A stretch of DNA of 64,000 bases from Octopus sinensis (GCF_006345805.1 NC_043001.1:13392001-13456000); one strand, 5' to 3'; shown: positions 27,291-40,027, counted from the first letter of the stretch. Notes: generated by a model from the sequence alone, not told the origin. Translations and numbers: made by a program.

Positions 27291-28119
27291 CTTCTATACT
27301 TTACAATATTGACATTAGAATAATGAAAAGTAAGTATACCACAATCGTGTTTGTACAATGCAGCTCAGTGTTGCAACATCCAATGCGTCTTCTATGATTA
27401 GACAACAATAATATTTTGTATATTCATTTGGAAATGAAATACCAGTTAAAATGTTAATGTGAGCTACAGCTAATCTCTATATATCTCGACTACAAGTGAA
27501 ATGAATATGTATTAACGAGTGTTGCAAAATATTAGTTTACATACTTAACGTTATTTCGAAATATGCATAACTATATTTTCTAAATGATATGAAAGTGAGA
27601 AATGAGAATTATCTCGAGGCTTTTACTTTTACTAATATTGCAAGATTTTTTAGATATATTCTTACACTTGGAAAGCAAAAAGGAGATATGAATAAATATT
27701 ACACTGTTTATGGAATGATTTCGATTTCCTTGAAAGTCAAATAAGTACATTTATTTTGAATGTTGGTATATCAGTAAATTTGTATACAAACTTAACTTGA
27801 AATTTGTTTGTATTTGATTATTGTGTTGTTTTGAACGTAAGTTGCAGATAAGGAGATCATTCTAGAAGGAAACAGTAAATAAAGTAAATAAATGCCTCGG
27901 AAAACTCTAACTAACAAAAAAACAGTGAACCATTTGTGCTACAGATGTAATTTAAAAGCTTAAAACGTAAATTCCTTTCCTTTTTAACTCTGCTACGACC
28001 TGCAACATCGGAGATGGTTTCAGAACAACTTGCCAATGTCAGTTAAGGATCCCAATCTTTAACAGCCATGTATGAAAACTGGACTTAACTTGATTTAGAC
28101 ACCGACATAAATAGTATAT

Positions 28120-28281
28120 GGCGCAGGAGTGGCTGTGTGGTAAGTAGCTTGCTTACCAACCACATGGTTCCGGGTTCAGTCCCACTGCGTGGCATCTTGA
28201 GAAGGTGTCTTCTACTATAGCCTTGGGCTGACCAAAGCCTTGTGAATGGACTTGGTAGACGAAACAGAAAGACGCCCGTCG

Positions 28282-28375
<94 letters not shown>

Positions 28376-28605
28376 GTGTGTGTATATGTTTGTGTGTCTG
28401 TGTTTGCCCCCTCCCCTAGCATTGCTTGACAACCGATGCTGGTGTGTTTAGGTCCCCGTAACTTAGCGGTTCGGCAGAAGAAATCGATAGAATAAGTACT
28501 AGGCTTAGAAAGCATAAGTCCTGGGATTCAGTTTGATCGACTAAAAGCGGTACTCCAGCATGGCCGCAGTCAGATGACTGAAACAAGTAATAAGAGTAAA
28601 AGAGT
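28120..28605 (+). mobile_element. SINE family A, full length, expanded internal (TA)n
   Basis: colinear with 25954 copy. Confidence 0.92.
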
Positions 28606-29057
28606 CACCCAATTTAAAAATAACTTTTAAGAAATACAGAATACAAATTTTCCAATCATTTCCAATTGAAATGCATATCTCTTCTAGAAGGTATTTTTTA
28701 AATTATGATCCAAACACTTCTAACCGATATTTGTGTGTGTATGTATGTGTGTATAGTGTATGTGCATATTTATATGCATAGGTATGCATCTATATATTCA
28801 TATATATGTATGTGTTTTTACTATTTTTCGTATTCCAGCCTCAAAGCCGTGGCTAAGTTGGGATATTTCATTTGGACTCATACATCGTTTCTTTATTAGC
28901 CACAAGGGCCCAAAGTAGAGGGCAACACACAAGGGCAGACAGGTCACCACAGAGGGGACAATACATAAAATGAATATAAATGAGATGATTATATAACAAT
29001 GAGGTTATGAGTGGCTGCATGTGCCCCTCATCACATGCATTACCTGTTTCTCTTTCT

Positions 29058-29284
29058 ATTTCTGTACTACCCACAAGGGGCTAAACATAAAGAGGACAAA
29101 CAATGAGAGACAAACGGATTGCGTCGATTACATCGACCCCAGTGCATAGCTGGTACTTAATTTATCGACCTCGAAAGGATGAAAGGCAAAGTCTTCCTCG
29201 GCGGAATTTGAACTCAGAACGTATCGGCGGATGAAATAAGCCTAAGCATTTCGCCCGGCGTGCTAAAGTTTCTGCTCGCCGCCT
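29058..29284 (-). mobile_element. SINE family B
   Basis: matches other B copies. Confidence 0.88.
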
Positions 29285-30021
29285 TAGTAACTGATCATTT
29301 TTTATTAACCTTCCGTTCTGATCCCAAGTTGCGGAATTCATGTCCCCGGCCTAGTATTCCAAATGTTGCAGGGGTACCGCTAAACTATTGTAAAATTGCG
29401 GTCTTATTTGAATCCAGATATCGGAGTGTATTGAAATAAATGTTATTTCTTTTTATTCTAATTGTATGCACAACTGCGGCTGTGGGTTTCATTAAATACT
29501 AACAGAGTGAAGTTGTTGAGACACTATACAGCTAAATGTTTTCGTGGTTTTCTTCATAACCATCTTCTTTTACTCTAACTGATCTCACCACTTTTATAAA
29601 TACAAATATATTTCATCGTAAGTTTGGCTCTGTTATAAACCCAAACTTGAATATCAAAGTTTGAAAGATTTTAATCGACTAAAAATACAGCAATATACAA
29701 TACACACAAAGGTTGCTAAATTGTAAGCAAAACCAAACTTCAACGCAATAACATTTTTTTTATGCAGCGAGTTGCTACATTCTCGACTAACTAAAATCAA
29801 CGCTGATCATGCCTGCAAACAGAACAGAATTCCGCGCAGTCGCAGTGGAGGTATGTAACAGCAATCGAGACAATCAAAATTACGTAATCAAAGCTAAAAT
29901 CACATCCTGCTCAAAGTCAGACAAAATACGTTGAAAAGAATTTCAGCATTTCTGGGCGCAATTATAATTCTATCAGCAGTATATCACCTGAAAAGTGCAA
30001 TGGTTGGTCGAGACCATGTGG

Positions 30022-30397
30022 TGGAAGCACTCTGTCGGTTACGACGATGAGGGTTCCGGTTGATCCGAATCAACGGAACAGACTGCTCGTGAAATTAACG
30101 TGTAAGTGGCTGAGCACTCCGCAGACACGTGTACCCTTAACGTAGTTCTCGGGGATATTCAGCGTGACACAGAGAGTGACAAGGCCGGCCCCTTGAAATA
30201 CAGGTACAACAGAAACAGGAAGTAAGAGTGAGAGAAAGTTGTGGTGAAAGAGTACAGCAGGTATCACCACCATCCCCTGCCGGAGCCTTGTGGAGCTCTT
30301 AGGTGTTTTCGCTCAATAAACACTCACAAAGCCCGGTCTGGGGAATCGAAACCGCGATCCTATGACCGCGAGTCCGCTGCCCTAACCACTGGGCCAT
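30022..30397 (-). mobile_element. SINE family C
   Basis: colinear with 2691-3056. Confidence 0.88.
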
Positions 30398-31075
30398 ATT
30401 CAAATATCGGTTGTATACATATTTATTTATGTGAACGAGAGCAAGTGACAAGCAAAAGCATATTTGAAACGACATCGTGAAGAAAATAAATATGTGGTTT
30501 TCATTGATCTAGAATGTTTCAGGTTAAAAAGATGTGAGCAATAAATAATTCTGTAATTTTAATTTTCTAATTTACTCAGGATATAGCATGACAAAGTGTG
30601 TGTGTGTGTGTGTGTAAGGCAACGGAAGTTAACCATATCAAAAGTACAAATATAAGCACATAGAAATTTGTAACAATTCCAAATTTACATAAATTTCAAT
30701 ATATTAATTAGAAAAGAGATAATAAATAACTAAATAATCGTAAGATATATTCGGAAACAAATATTTTGTTTTCGAATATATAGGTTGTGTTAAGTACAAA
30801 CTACAAATAAAATAACATACGAATATTGAACAGAAATTTAAATTTTTGTGGCATCGAATTAACATGAATTCATTCATTGGTACACAACGCATTAAATCTT
30901 ACGAAATGTAATATACGAGACGGTAAATGCATTCAAATCATTTTTAGCAATAAGATGTATTGTATCGTTTCACATGAGTTAACAAAATCGCGGTTTTGTA
31001 ACTAAATATTTTTGTATATTGCACCGAGAAATAAGGTTGGAAAATTTTCAATCACAAAAATATCTATTCTAGCTA

Positions 31076-31778
<703 letters not shown>

Positions 31779-32193
31779 TAGGTATGTCTGTGTGCATTTT
31801 TGTTTTGTAAAAGGAAAAAAACGAAACCACGAGAGATTCAGATAGCTTCATTCAAGACGAAGAAATAGAAAAAACAATACAACGTAAACGGAATAAATTA
31901 AAAACATAAAAACACTACCACCAGCAATAATAGCAATATCCGAGTCAGTTATATATATATAGTGACAACAACAATAAGCAATACTGACGGACATGTGAGG
32001 AAGTCTCCATTGGGATTGTTGCACTTTAATATTGGTTTATAGAGATATATTTATGTTCAAATAACTGAAAACGAACTCGTATGTATGCATAGAGAATATC
32101 TCATATATTTTATATACACACATTTGTAAACATATAGAGGTGAATAGGCACAAGTGCATGCATACACAGATGTGGTTCGACTAAATATATAGA

Positions 32194-32580
32194 TTTATAT
32201 GTAACATATACATATATATATGTATGTAAACACAGTATATACATATATATGTATATATATATATATACACAGATATATATTTATATACAGATATATAGGT
32301 CTATATATGTGTATATATATGCATATATATATATGTATATATATGTGTATATATATATATATATATATGTATATGTATATATATACACACACACACACCT
32401 ACATGCATGCGTTTCTCTCTCTGTTTCACTCCCACTCTCTATTTGTATGTGTGCATCATAGTGTGTATACACACATGTATAACATATATACTCATGTATA
32501 TACATGTGCATATATACATACATATGTATACGTACATACATATATATATATAAATATATATATACATATATATATATATA
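32194..32580. repeat. imperfect (TA)n-rich microsatellite (left flank of array)
   Basis: direct reading. Confidence 0.9.
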
Positions 32581-32806
32581 TAATTAATCAATATAGGGTG
32601 GCAAAAAATTTTGTAGAATTTTTTTGCCACCAGCGGCCTAGTGGGAAAAAATTAAATAGTCATAGACCATTTTTAAGTTCAACATCACAATCAAGGAACG
32701 GCCATAATAGGCCATTCACCCACTAGAAATAACAGCCAAAAGCTTCAACCGCAAAATAACATCAATTCCGTAAACCAGGAGAAAATCAAAAAACATTTAC
32801 CCTGTA

Positions 32807-32913
32807 ATTTCTTATACGATGCACCGTTTCATCTACTGTTTAATGGTAAACTAACCTGATTAAATTAAATCAAGCCAATCTACCATAGGCCCTTAGATTC
32901 ATCAGTAAGAAAT
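32807..32913 (-). ncRNA. type I hammerhead ribozyme (inverted-arm copy)
   Basis: reverse complement of + copies; predicted cleavage between 32815 and 32814. Confidence 0.85.
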
Positions 32914-33580
32914 AGCCAAGTCGGAACAGATATTTTTCACGAGGCATTCCCGTCCCTGCCTCGGCAATATCTGACCTAAAATTTTCAAATCATCGCACTC
33001 GCGCCAAATTTATCGGCAGCAAATAAATATAAGCCGCCGATTCCATTACGGAATTAACCAGAAAATTCATAATTAATCAATATAGGGTGGCAAAAAATTT
33101 TGTAGAATTTTTTTGTCACCAGCGGCCTAGTGGGAAAAAATTAAATAGTCATAGACCATTTTTAAGTTCAACATCACAATCAAGGAACGGCCATAATAGG
33201 CCATTCACCCACTAGAAATAACAGCCAAAAGCTTCAACCGCAAAATAACATCAATTCCGTAAACCAGGAGAAAATCAAAAAACATTTACCCTGTAATTTC
33301 TTATACGATGCACCGTTTCATCTACTGTTTAATGGTAAACTAACCTGATTAAATTAAATCAAGCCAATCTACCATAGGCAAAAAAATTCTACAAAATTTT
33401 TTGCCACCCTATATTGATTAATTATGAATTTTCTGGTTAATTCCGTAATGGAATCGGCGGCTTATATTTATTTGCTGCCGATAAATTTGGCGCGAGTGCG
33501 ATGATTTGAAAATTTTAGGTCAGATATTGCCGAGGCAGGGACGGGAATGCCTCGTGAAAAATATCTGTTCCGACTTGGCT

Positions 33581-33685
33581 ATTTCTTACTGATGAATCTA
33601 AGGGCCTATGGTAGATTGGCTTGATTTATTTAATCAGGTTAGTTTACCATAAATAGTAGATGAAACGGTGCATCGTATAAGAAAT
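33581..33685 (+). ncRNA. type I hammerhead ribozyme copy 1
   Basis: AUUUCUUA-CUGAUGA-AUCUA..UAGAU-GAAAC-GGUGCAUC-GUA-UAAGAAAU; two 1-nt deletions in stem II region; cleavage after 33677. Confidence 0.85.
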
Positions 33686-34067
33686 TACAGGGTAAATGTT
33701 TTTTGATTTTCTCCTGGTTTACGGAATTGATGTTATTTTGCGGTTGAAGCTTTTGGCTGTTATTTCTAGTGGGTGAATGGCCTATTATGGCCGTTCCTTG
33801 ATTGTGATGTTGAACTTAAAAATGGTCTATGACTATTTAATTTTTTCCCACTAGGCCGCTGGTGGCAAAAAAATTCTACAAAATTTTTTGCCACCCTATA
33901 TTGATTAATTATGAATTTTCTGGTTAATTCCGTAATGTAATCGGCGGCTTATATTTATTTGCTGCCGATGAATTTGGCGCGAGTGCGATGATTTGAAAAT
34001 TTTAGGTCAGATATTGCCGAGGCAGGGACGGGAATGCCTCGTGAAAAATATCTGTTCCGACTTGGCT

Positions 34068-34174
34068 ATTTCTTACTGATGAATCTAAGGGCCTATGGTA
34101 GATTGGCTTGATTTAATTTAATCAGGTTAGTTTACCATTAAACAGTAGATGAAACGGTGCATCGTATAAGAAAT
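34068..34174 (+). ncRNA. type I hammerhead ribozyme copy 2
   Basis: intact core and stems; cleavage after 34166. Confidence 0.88.
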
Positions 34175-34555
34175 TACAGGGTAAATGTTTTTTGATTTTC
34201 TCCTGGTTTACGGAATTGATGTTATTTTGCGGTTGAAGCTTTTGGCTGTTATTTCTAGTGGGTGAATGGCCTATTATGGCCGTTCCTTGATTGTGATGTT
34301 GAACTTAAAAATGGTCTATGACTATTTAATTTTTTCCCACTAGGCCGCTGGTGACAAAAAAATTCTACAAAATTTTTTGCCACCCTATATTGATTAATTA
34401 TGAATTTTCTGGTTAATTCCGTAATGGAATCGGCGGCTTATATTTATTTGCTGCCGATAATTTGGCGCGAGTGCGATGATTTGAAAATTTTAGGTCAGAT
34501 ATTGCCGAGGCAGGGACGGGAATGCCTCGTGAAAAATATCTGTTCCGACTTGGCT

Positions 34556-34662
34556 ATTTCTTACTGATGAATCTAAGGGCCTATGGTAGATTGGCTTGAT
34601 TTAATTTAATCAGGTTAGTTTACCATTAAACAGTAGATGAAACGGTGCATCGTATAAGAAAT
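34556..34662 (+). ncRNA. type I hammerhead ribozyme copy 3
   Basis: intact core and stems; cleavage after 34654. Confidence 0.88.
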
Positions 34663-35043
34663 TACAGGGTAAATGTTTTTTGATTTTCTCCTGGTTTACG
34701 GAATTGATGTTATTTTGCGGTTGAAGCTTTTGGCTGTTATTTCTAGTGGGTGAATGGCCTATTATGGCCGTTCCTTGATTGTGATGTTGAACTTAAAAAT
34801 GGTCTATGACTATTTAATTTTTTCCCACTAGGCCGCTGGTGGCAAAAAAATTCTACAAAATTTTTTGCCACCCTGTATTGATTAATTATGAATTTTCTGG
34901 TTAATTCCGTAATGGAATCGGCGGCTTATATTTATTTGCTGCCGATAAATTTGGCGCGAGTGCGATGATTGAAAATTTTAGGTCAGATATTGCCGAGGCA
35001 GGGACGGGAATGCCTCGTGAAAAATATCTGTTCCGACTTGGCT

Positions 35044-35150
35044 ATTTCTTACTGATGAATCTAAGGGCCTATGGTAGATTGGCTTGATTTAATTTAATCA
35101 GGTTAGTTTACCATTAAACAGTAGATGAAACGGTGCATCGTATAAGAAAT
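35044..35150 (+). ncRNA. type I hammerhead ribozyme copy 4
   Basis: intact core and stems; cleavage after 35142. Confidence 0.88.
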
Positions 35151-35532
35151 TACAGGGTAAATGTTTTTTGATTTTCTCCTGGTTTACGGAATTGATGTTA
35201 TTTTGCGGTTGAAGCTTTTGGCTGTTATTTCTAGTGGGTGAATGGCCTATTATGGCCGTTCCTTGATTGTGATGTTGAACTTAAAAATGGTCTATGACTA
35301 TTTAATTTTTTCCCACTAGGCCGCTGGTGGCAAAAAAATTCTACAAAATTTTTTGCCACCCTGTATTGATTAATTATGAATTTTCTGGTTAATTCCGTAA
35401 TGGAATCGGCGGCTTATATTTATTTGCTGCCGATAAATTTGGCGCGAGTGCGATGATTTGAAAATTTTAGGTCAGATATTGCCGAGGCAGGGACGGGAAT
35501 GCCTCGTGAAAAATATCTGTTCCGACTTGGCT

Positions 35533-35638
35533 ATTTCTTACTGATGAATCTAAGGGCCTATGGTAGATTGGCTTGATTTAATTTAATCAGGTTAGTTTAC
35601 CATTAAACAGTAGATGAAACGGTGCATCGTATAAGAAT
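35533..35638 (+). ncRNA. type I hammerhead ribozyme copy 5
   Basis: intact core; one A missing in 3' strand of stem I; cleavage after 35631. Confidence 0.82.
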
Positions 35639-35756
35639 TACAGGGTAAATGTTTTTTGATTTTCTCCTGGTTTACGGAATTGATGTTATTTTGCGGTTGA
35701 AGCTTTTGGCTGTTATTTCTAGTGGGTGAATGGCCTATTATGGCCGTTCCTTGATT

Positions 35757-35760
<4 letters not shown>

Positions 35761-35833
<73 letters not shown>

Positions 35834-35950
35834 GTGTGTGTGTGTGTGTGTATGTATACACCTACAAACACGCAAACGAAATACTGGAGCACAGAAGTGC
35901 AAGGCACAGACATATGCACACACACACACACACATACACACACACACACA
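35761..35950. repeat. (TA)n/(TG)n/(CA)n microsatellites (right flank of array)
   Basis: direct reading. Confidence 0.93.
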
Positions 35951-36361
35951 TCAAATCACACTTATATTTTTGATTAGTCAGTTTATCTTCTATCAATGAT
36001 CTGTGAGTTATGTGTTAATCGCCTCTTCACTTTTACTCACCACGGCGCTTTTTTTCTAAAATCTAATCTGCCTATTTTTAACTTAACACTATGGACCAGT
36101 TCCAAGTACAATGAGGACTTGCTGTCACGCATCATATAAGGATGCTGAATTAGGAGAACGCAGCCTTAAATATAGAATCTAAAATATACTTACAGAAAAG
36201 GAAAGTGTTGTGATATCAATTTTAGTGATAATTATCACATTATTTGATCGGAATCATTTCCATAATTTCTGGGGAATTCAAATGATGATTTTTAGCAGAT
36301 AGGTTGGGCTGGCAAAGGATTTTTTTGAAAGCATTTAATAACATATATCTAGTTTAGTGCA

Positions 36362-36478
36362 ACGAACTGGCAGAAACGTTAGCATGACGGGCAAAATGCT
36401 TAGCGACATTTCGTTCGTCTTCGGGATCTGAGTTCAAATTCTGCCGTGGTCGACTTTGCCTTTTATCCTTTCGGGATC
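36362..36478 (+). mobile_element. SINE family B head, apparently interrupted by the LINE fragment that follows
   Basis: B head to TTCGGGATC; B-like continuation AGCATTGAGGTTGACGCAATCGACT at ~37078-37108. Confidence 0.7.
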
Positions 36479-37075
36479 GATGTCTTGCAAACAACTTGCA
36501 CATGCAAGTGCTACCAGTCAAACACTCCGCATACCGGAAACCAACAAGTGTATGGGATCATCAGGAGAAAATGCGCGCCGCTTCGGGGCCTACCTCTCGA
36601 CGGCATCAATGCACAGCCCACCCCCCTCATTGATATGAGGCCCCGCTTGCTACATCAACTGGTAATCAAACAAAGTTCAATATTCTTTTAGCCATCCCTC
36701 ATCGTCTCTTTTTAACCAAATCCAGTGGCTAGCCTTCTGCACTGTAGTTTGGATATCGGTCATGGTGGTATTGACTTTACGATGAGTTAGACCTAACGAT
36801 AACAACAGTCGTCTCACACTGTGTCCAGTTAACCCTCTACATCCGACTTCGATTGGAAAATGCTCTGCTTTCCAGCCTGCGTCTTCACATTCCTCGAGGA
36901 GGTTTACATTACGGTCAATCTTTCGAGCCCGAGCGGCGTCCATATTATATTCATGAGGAACCGTTAACTCGATTAGATTTACAACTTTCCTTCTTTCACA
37001 CCACATCAAAACGTCTGGGTTTTTTGTAACTGGGATGGGAAAGAATCCCTGGCACCCAGGTAAATCTGCACCATT
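36479..37075 (-). mobile_element. HERO-like RLE non-LTR retrotransposon 3' fragment
   Basis: ORF 36677-37009 extended upstream reads DL..FFPIPVTKNPDVLMWC..IELTVPHE..A..K..GW..FPIEVGCRG (RLE domain), followed by 3' UTR. Confidence 0.8.
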
Positions 37076-37776
37076 TTAGCATTGAGGTTGACGCAATCGA
37101 CTTTCGTTCTGTCCAGAACGTGCTAACCTTCTGCAAAAGTTTTAAACCAACATATATCTAGTTTATATTTCTCTACTACTCTGCAATATTTGTGTCCGTG
37201 TCCTTATAAACATGGACCTGCTTTCTCCTCTTATTGGTTTTAGATCTGAGTATAATTTTATGGGAACCTCAGTATCATCAATACATTGTCTCTTGTGGCA
37301 GTATTTTCTACACATATTTTCTTCACTTTTCAATATTGTTTTAAATAATATTTTTACGAAAGAACTGCGGATGGGGTGAATTAAAATTTTATAGCAAGTG
37401 AATTGAGACAGAAACTTAATGGAATATGTCATAGACAAAACCAGATTGAAATATAAATATCTCTCAATAGCCTGAATTAGATTGTGTTGAGTCAAAAACT
37501 TTTACAATATTTCGGCAAATTATTTGCTTTATTCATCTAGTTACAACAAAAGCAGCCAAGCTTCCAGAATAGAGGTCGTCGTGCTGTACAGCTTGGGGTT
37601 ACATTTCTGTCAGGTCTTTGTTCCTACACTGTCACCAGTTCTTGTGCTTCTAGGTGAATACTTCCTTTACTGAATCTTCCATATCCTCTGGATTAATCAA
37701 GTTTCCCGACTGCAAGAAGCGAGCCATGGATCGGAACTAGGAGTAACCCCAGAGTGCTAAGTCCGACCTATATACA

Positions 37777-37974
37777 CTTTTACTCTTTTACTTGTTTCAG
37801 TCATTTGATGTGGCCATGCTGGATAACCGCCTTTTTTAATCCTGCAAATCTACCCTAGGAGGTATTCTTTGGAAGCCTAAAACTTATTCTATCTGTCTCG
37901 TTTGCCGAACCGCTAAGTTCGGTTGTCAAGCGATGTTTGGGGTACAAACACAGACACAAATACACACACACACG

Positions 37975-38036
<62 letters not shown>

Positions 38037-38190
38037 CACGACGGGCTTCTTTCGGTTTCAGTCTACCAAATCCACTCACAAGGCTTTGGTCGACCCGAGG
38101 CTATAGTAGAAGTCACTTGCGCGAGGTGCCACGCAGTGGGACTGAACCCAGAACCATGTGGTTGGTAGGCAAGCTACTTACTACATAACC
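37777..38190 (-). mobile_element. SINE family A
   Basis: colinear with other A copies. Confidence 0.88.
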
Positions 38191-38872
38191 AAACACTCTT
38201 ACGTTGATTTTGTCAACATATCATTTCCCTCAAGTTACTGGAGTGCATTCCAAATCGTTTGAGTCGAGTGAGGTCTTGCGTTCTCTTGTTGCAGAAAAGC
38301 TCGCTTTCTGTTAACGATTCCTGGCTATATTGTTGTCGCACAATGGTCTAAATCCACTCCAAATGTTAGCTATATAGATTGGCATGGACGCTTCGGTTGT
38401 CAGAAACGAAAGCGTTGAGAATTATTCCCTAAAATTTCTACCAAACGCAGAGAGTCAACTTGCGTTCGAAATGTCCACGTTCGGTGACATGCTTCGGAAT
38501 TGGCCTTTGCTTAACCACTGCTTATGCAGGTTAGGATTCCTGTGGAATCAACGTGGAATCAAAGAACTTGCAGAAATATGGTGGCTTCAAATGATGGAAC
38601 CGGACGCAATTAGAGGAGGCATTTGTTATAACTTGACGAATAATGAAGGTAAGTTACCAAAATATTGCAAAACATTTGAATCAATACAAGAGATTTGTGT
38701 CAATAAATTCCGACAAAATATTCCTATCGTTATCCGGAGTAGCATACATACTTAAGTGCTTATATGGGCAAACACACGTTGGATTGAAAGTAAAGCTTGT
38801 AAAGCACCCAGAAATTGGTGTTCTCGCTTTTTGGTAAACACTGTTCTGTTATAGTGATAATAAAAGTAAATA

Positions 38873-39045
38873 GGCGCAGGAGTGGCTGTGTGGTAAGTAG
38901 CTTGCTTAAGAACCATATAGGTCCGGGTGCAGTCCCACGGCGTGGCACCTTGGGCAAGTGTCTTCTACTATGTAGCCTTGGGCTGACCAAAGCCTTGTGA
39001 CTGGATTTGGTAGACGGAAACTAAAAGAAGCCCATCGTATATATG

Positions 39046-39078
<33 letters not shown>

Positions 39079-39328
39079 TTGTGTCTGTGTATGTGTGTGT
39101 TTGTGTTGGTGCGTCTGTGTTTGTCCCCCCAACATCACTTGACAACCGATGGTGGTGTATTTACGTCCCTGTAACTTATCGGTTCGGCAAAAGAAACCGA
39201 TATAATAAGTACTGGGCTTAAAAAACAAAAGTCCTGGCGTCGATTTTCTCGACTAAAGGCAGTGCTCCAGCATGGCCACAGTCAAATGACTGAAACAAGT
39301 AAAAGAGTAAAAGAGTAAACAAAAGAGT
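38873..39328 (+). mobile_element. SINE family A, full length
   Basis: head to (GTAAAAGA)n tail. Confidence 0.9.
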
Positions 39329-40025
39329 ACACAATTTCCAGTAGACCTCCAAGGAAAAATACATATTTTCATTACAACACGTTTAGCTCAAGAAAGCTAA
39401 AAGAATGAAACAATACCGCTGTACTAATATCTTGTGTCTTACCTTAAAACTGTTTCTATTAAAGGTAAATCTGTATTCTAGTATAAATTGAAATCACGAA
39501 ATGACGAGGTTAACTGTCGGATCAAAGTTTTTCGCATACAGAAACATTAAACATATGTTTATTTTGAAAGGAAATTCGATTCCAGCTGAGCGTTTTTTCG
39601 GGAGGGGGTGTTTTTTTTTTTTTTTTGTTTTTCAGAATTATGGAAATATTTCAATTTATGAAGCTAGAATATATTCCTGGTTTGAAAATGTCTAAATCAC
39701 GCGATTTAAGAGAGGAAAGCATTTATTGATATCGGAAATGTTCAGATTGCATTGAAATGTCAAAAGGTTTGTGAGACTAGAAGGAGACAAAACGTAACCA
39801 GCAACGGTTTCAACGCGTCGAGATATGTTTGCAGCTGTTACTGTAAGTTCGGTGTACTTTCAAGTAGAATGGAATCTCATTCCAGAAGTGAGTGACCTTT
39901 TGTATGTGCAACAGTATGGATATTTCCTTTGTTCTTTTATTTTTCGAGATTTTGTGATAAAATCTTGGGTTTGTTAACCCGTAGATATTGAGGTTAGATA
40001 AAAAGCAGCGGGGAATATCAACCCA

Positions 40026-40027
<2 letters not shown>

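Larger units (their letters stand above)
32580..35761. mobile_element. retrozyme-like tandem array of a 488-489 bp hammerhead-containing unit: inverted arm 32581-33379 (1.6 units) plus sense arm 33377-35760 (4.9 units)
   Basis: unit starts recur at 32581/33070 and 33380/33867/34356/34844/35332; copies differ by a few bases; one hammerhead per unit; (TA)n flanks. Confidence 0.88.

Noticed and set aside
32597-32643. Helitron 3' end (hairpin followed by CTAG) as explanation of the unit
   Set aside because: CTAG is followed by TGGG, not a TC head; array ends do not coincide with this motif
32581-33069. Second ribozyme on the opposite polarity (ambisense viroid-like)
   Set aside because: By eye the antisense unit has only CTGATTA and CTGACCT, no CUGANGA/GAAA pair; other ribozyme classes would need a covariance-model search
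33296-33379. Seventh hammerhead copy
   Set aside because: Truncated by the inversion junction; lacks CUGAUGA and the 5' strand of stem I
33380-35760. Coding potential of a 489-nt (3n) circle
   Set aside because: The ORF track shows no ORF of 60 aa or more inside the array; unit lengths vary 487-489
32580-35761. CRISPR array or plain satellite interpretation
   Set aside because: No unique spacers, units are 489 bp, no cas genes; the intact ribozyme and RNA-strand-specific pairing argue against a neutral satellite
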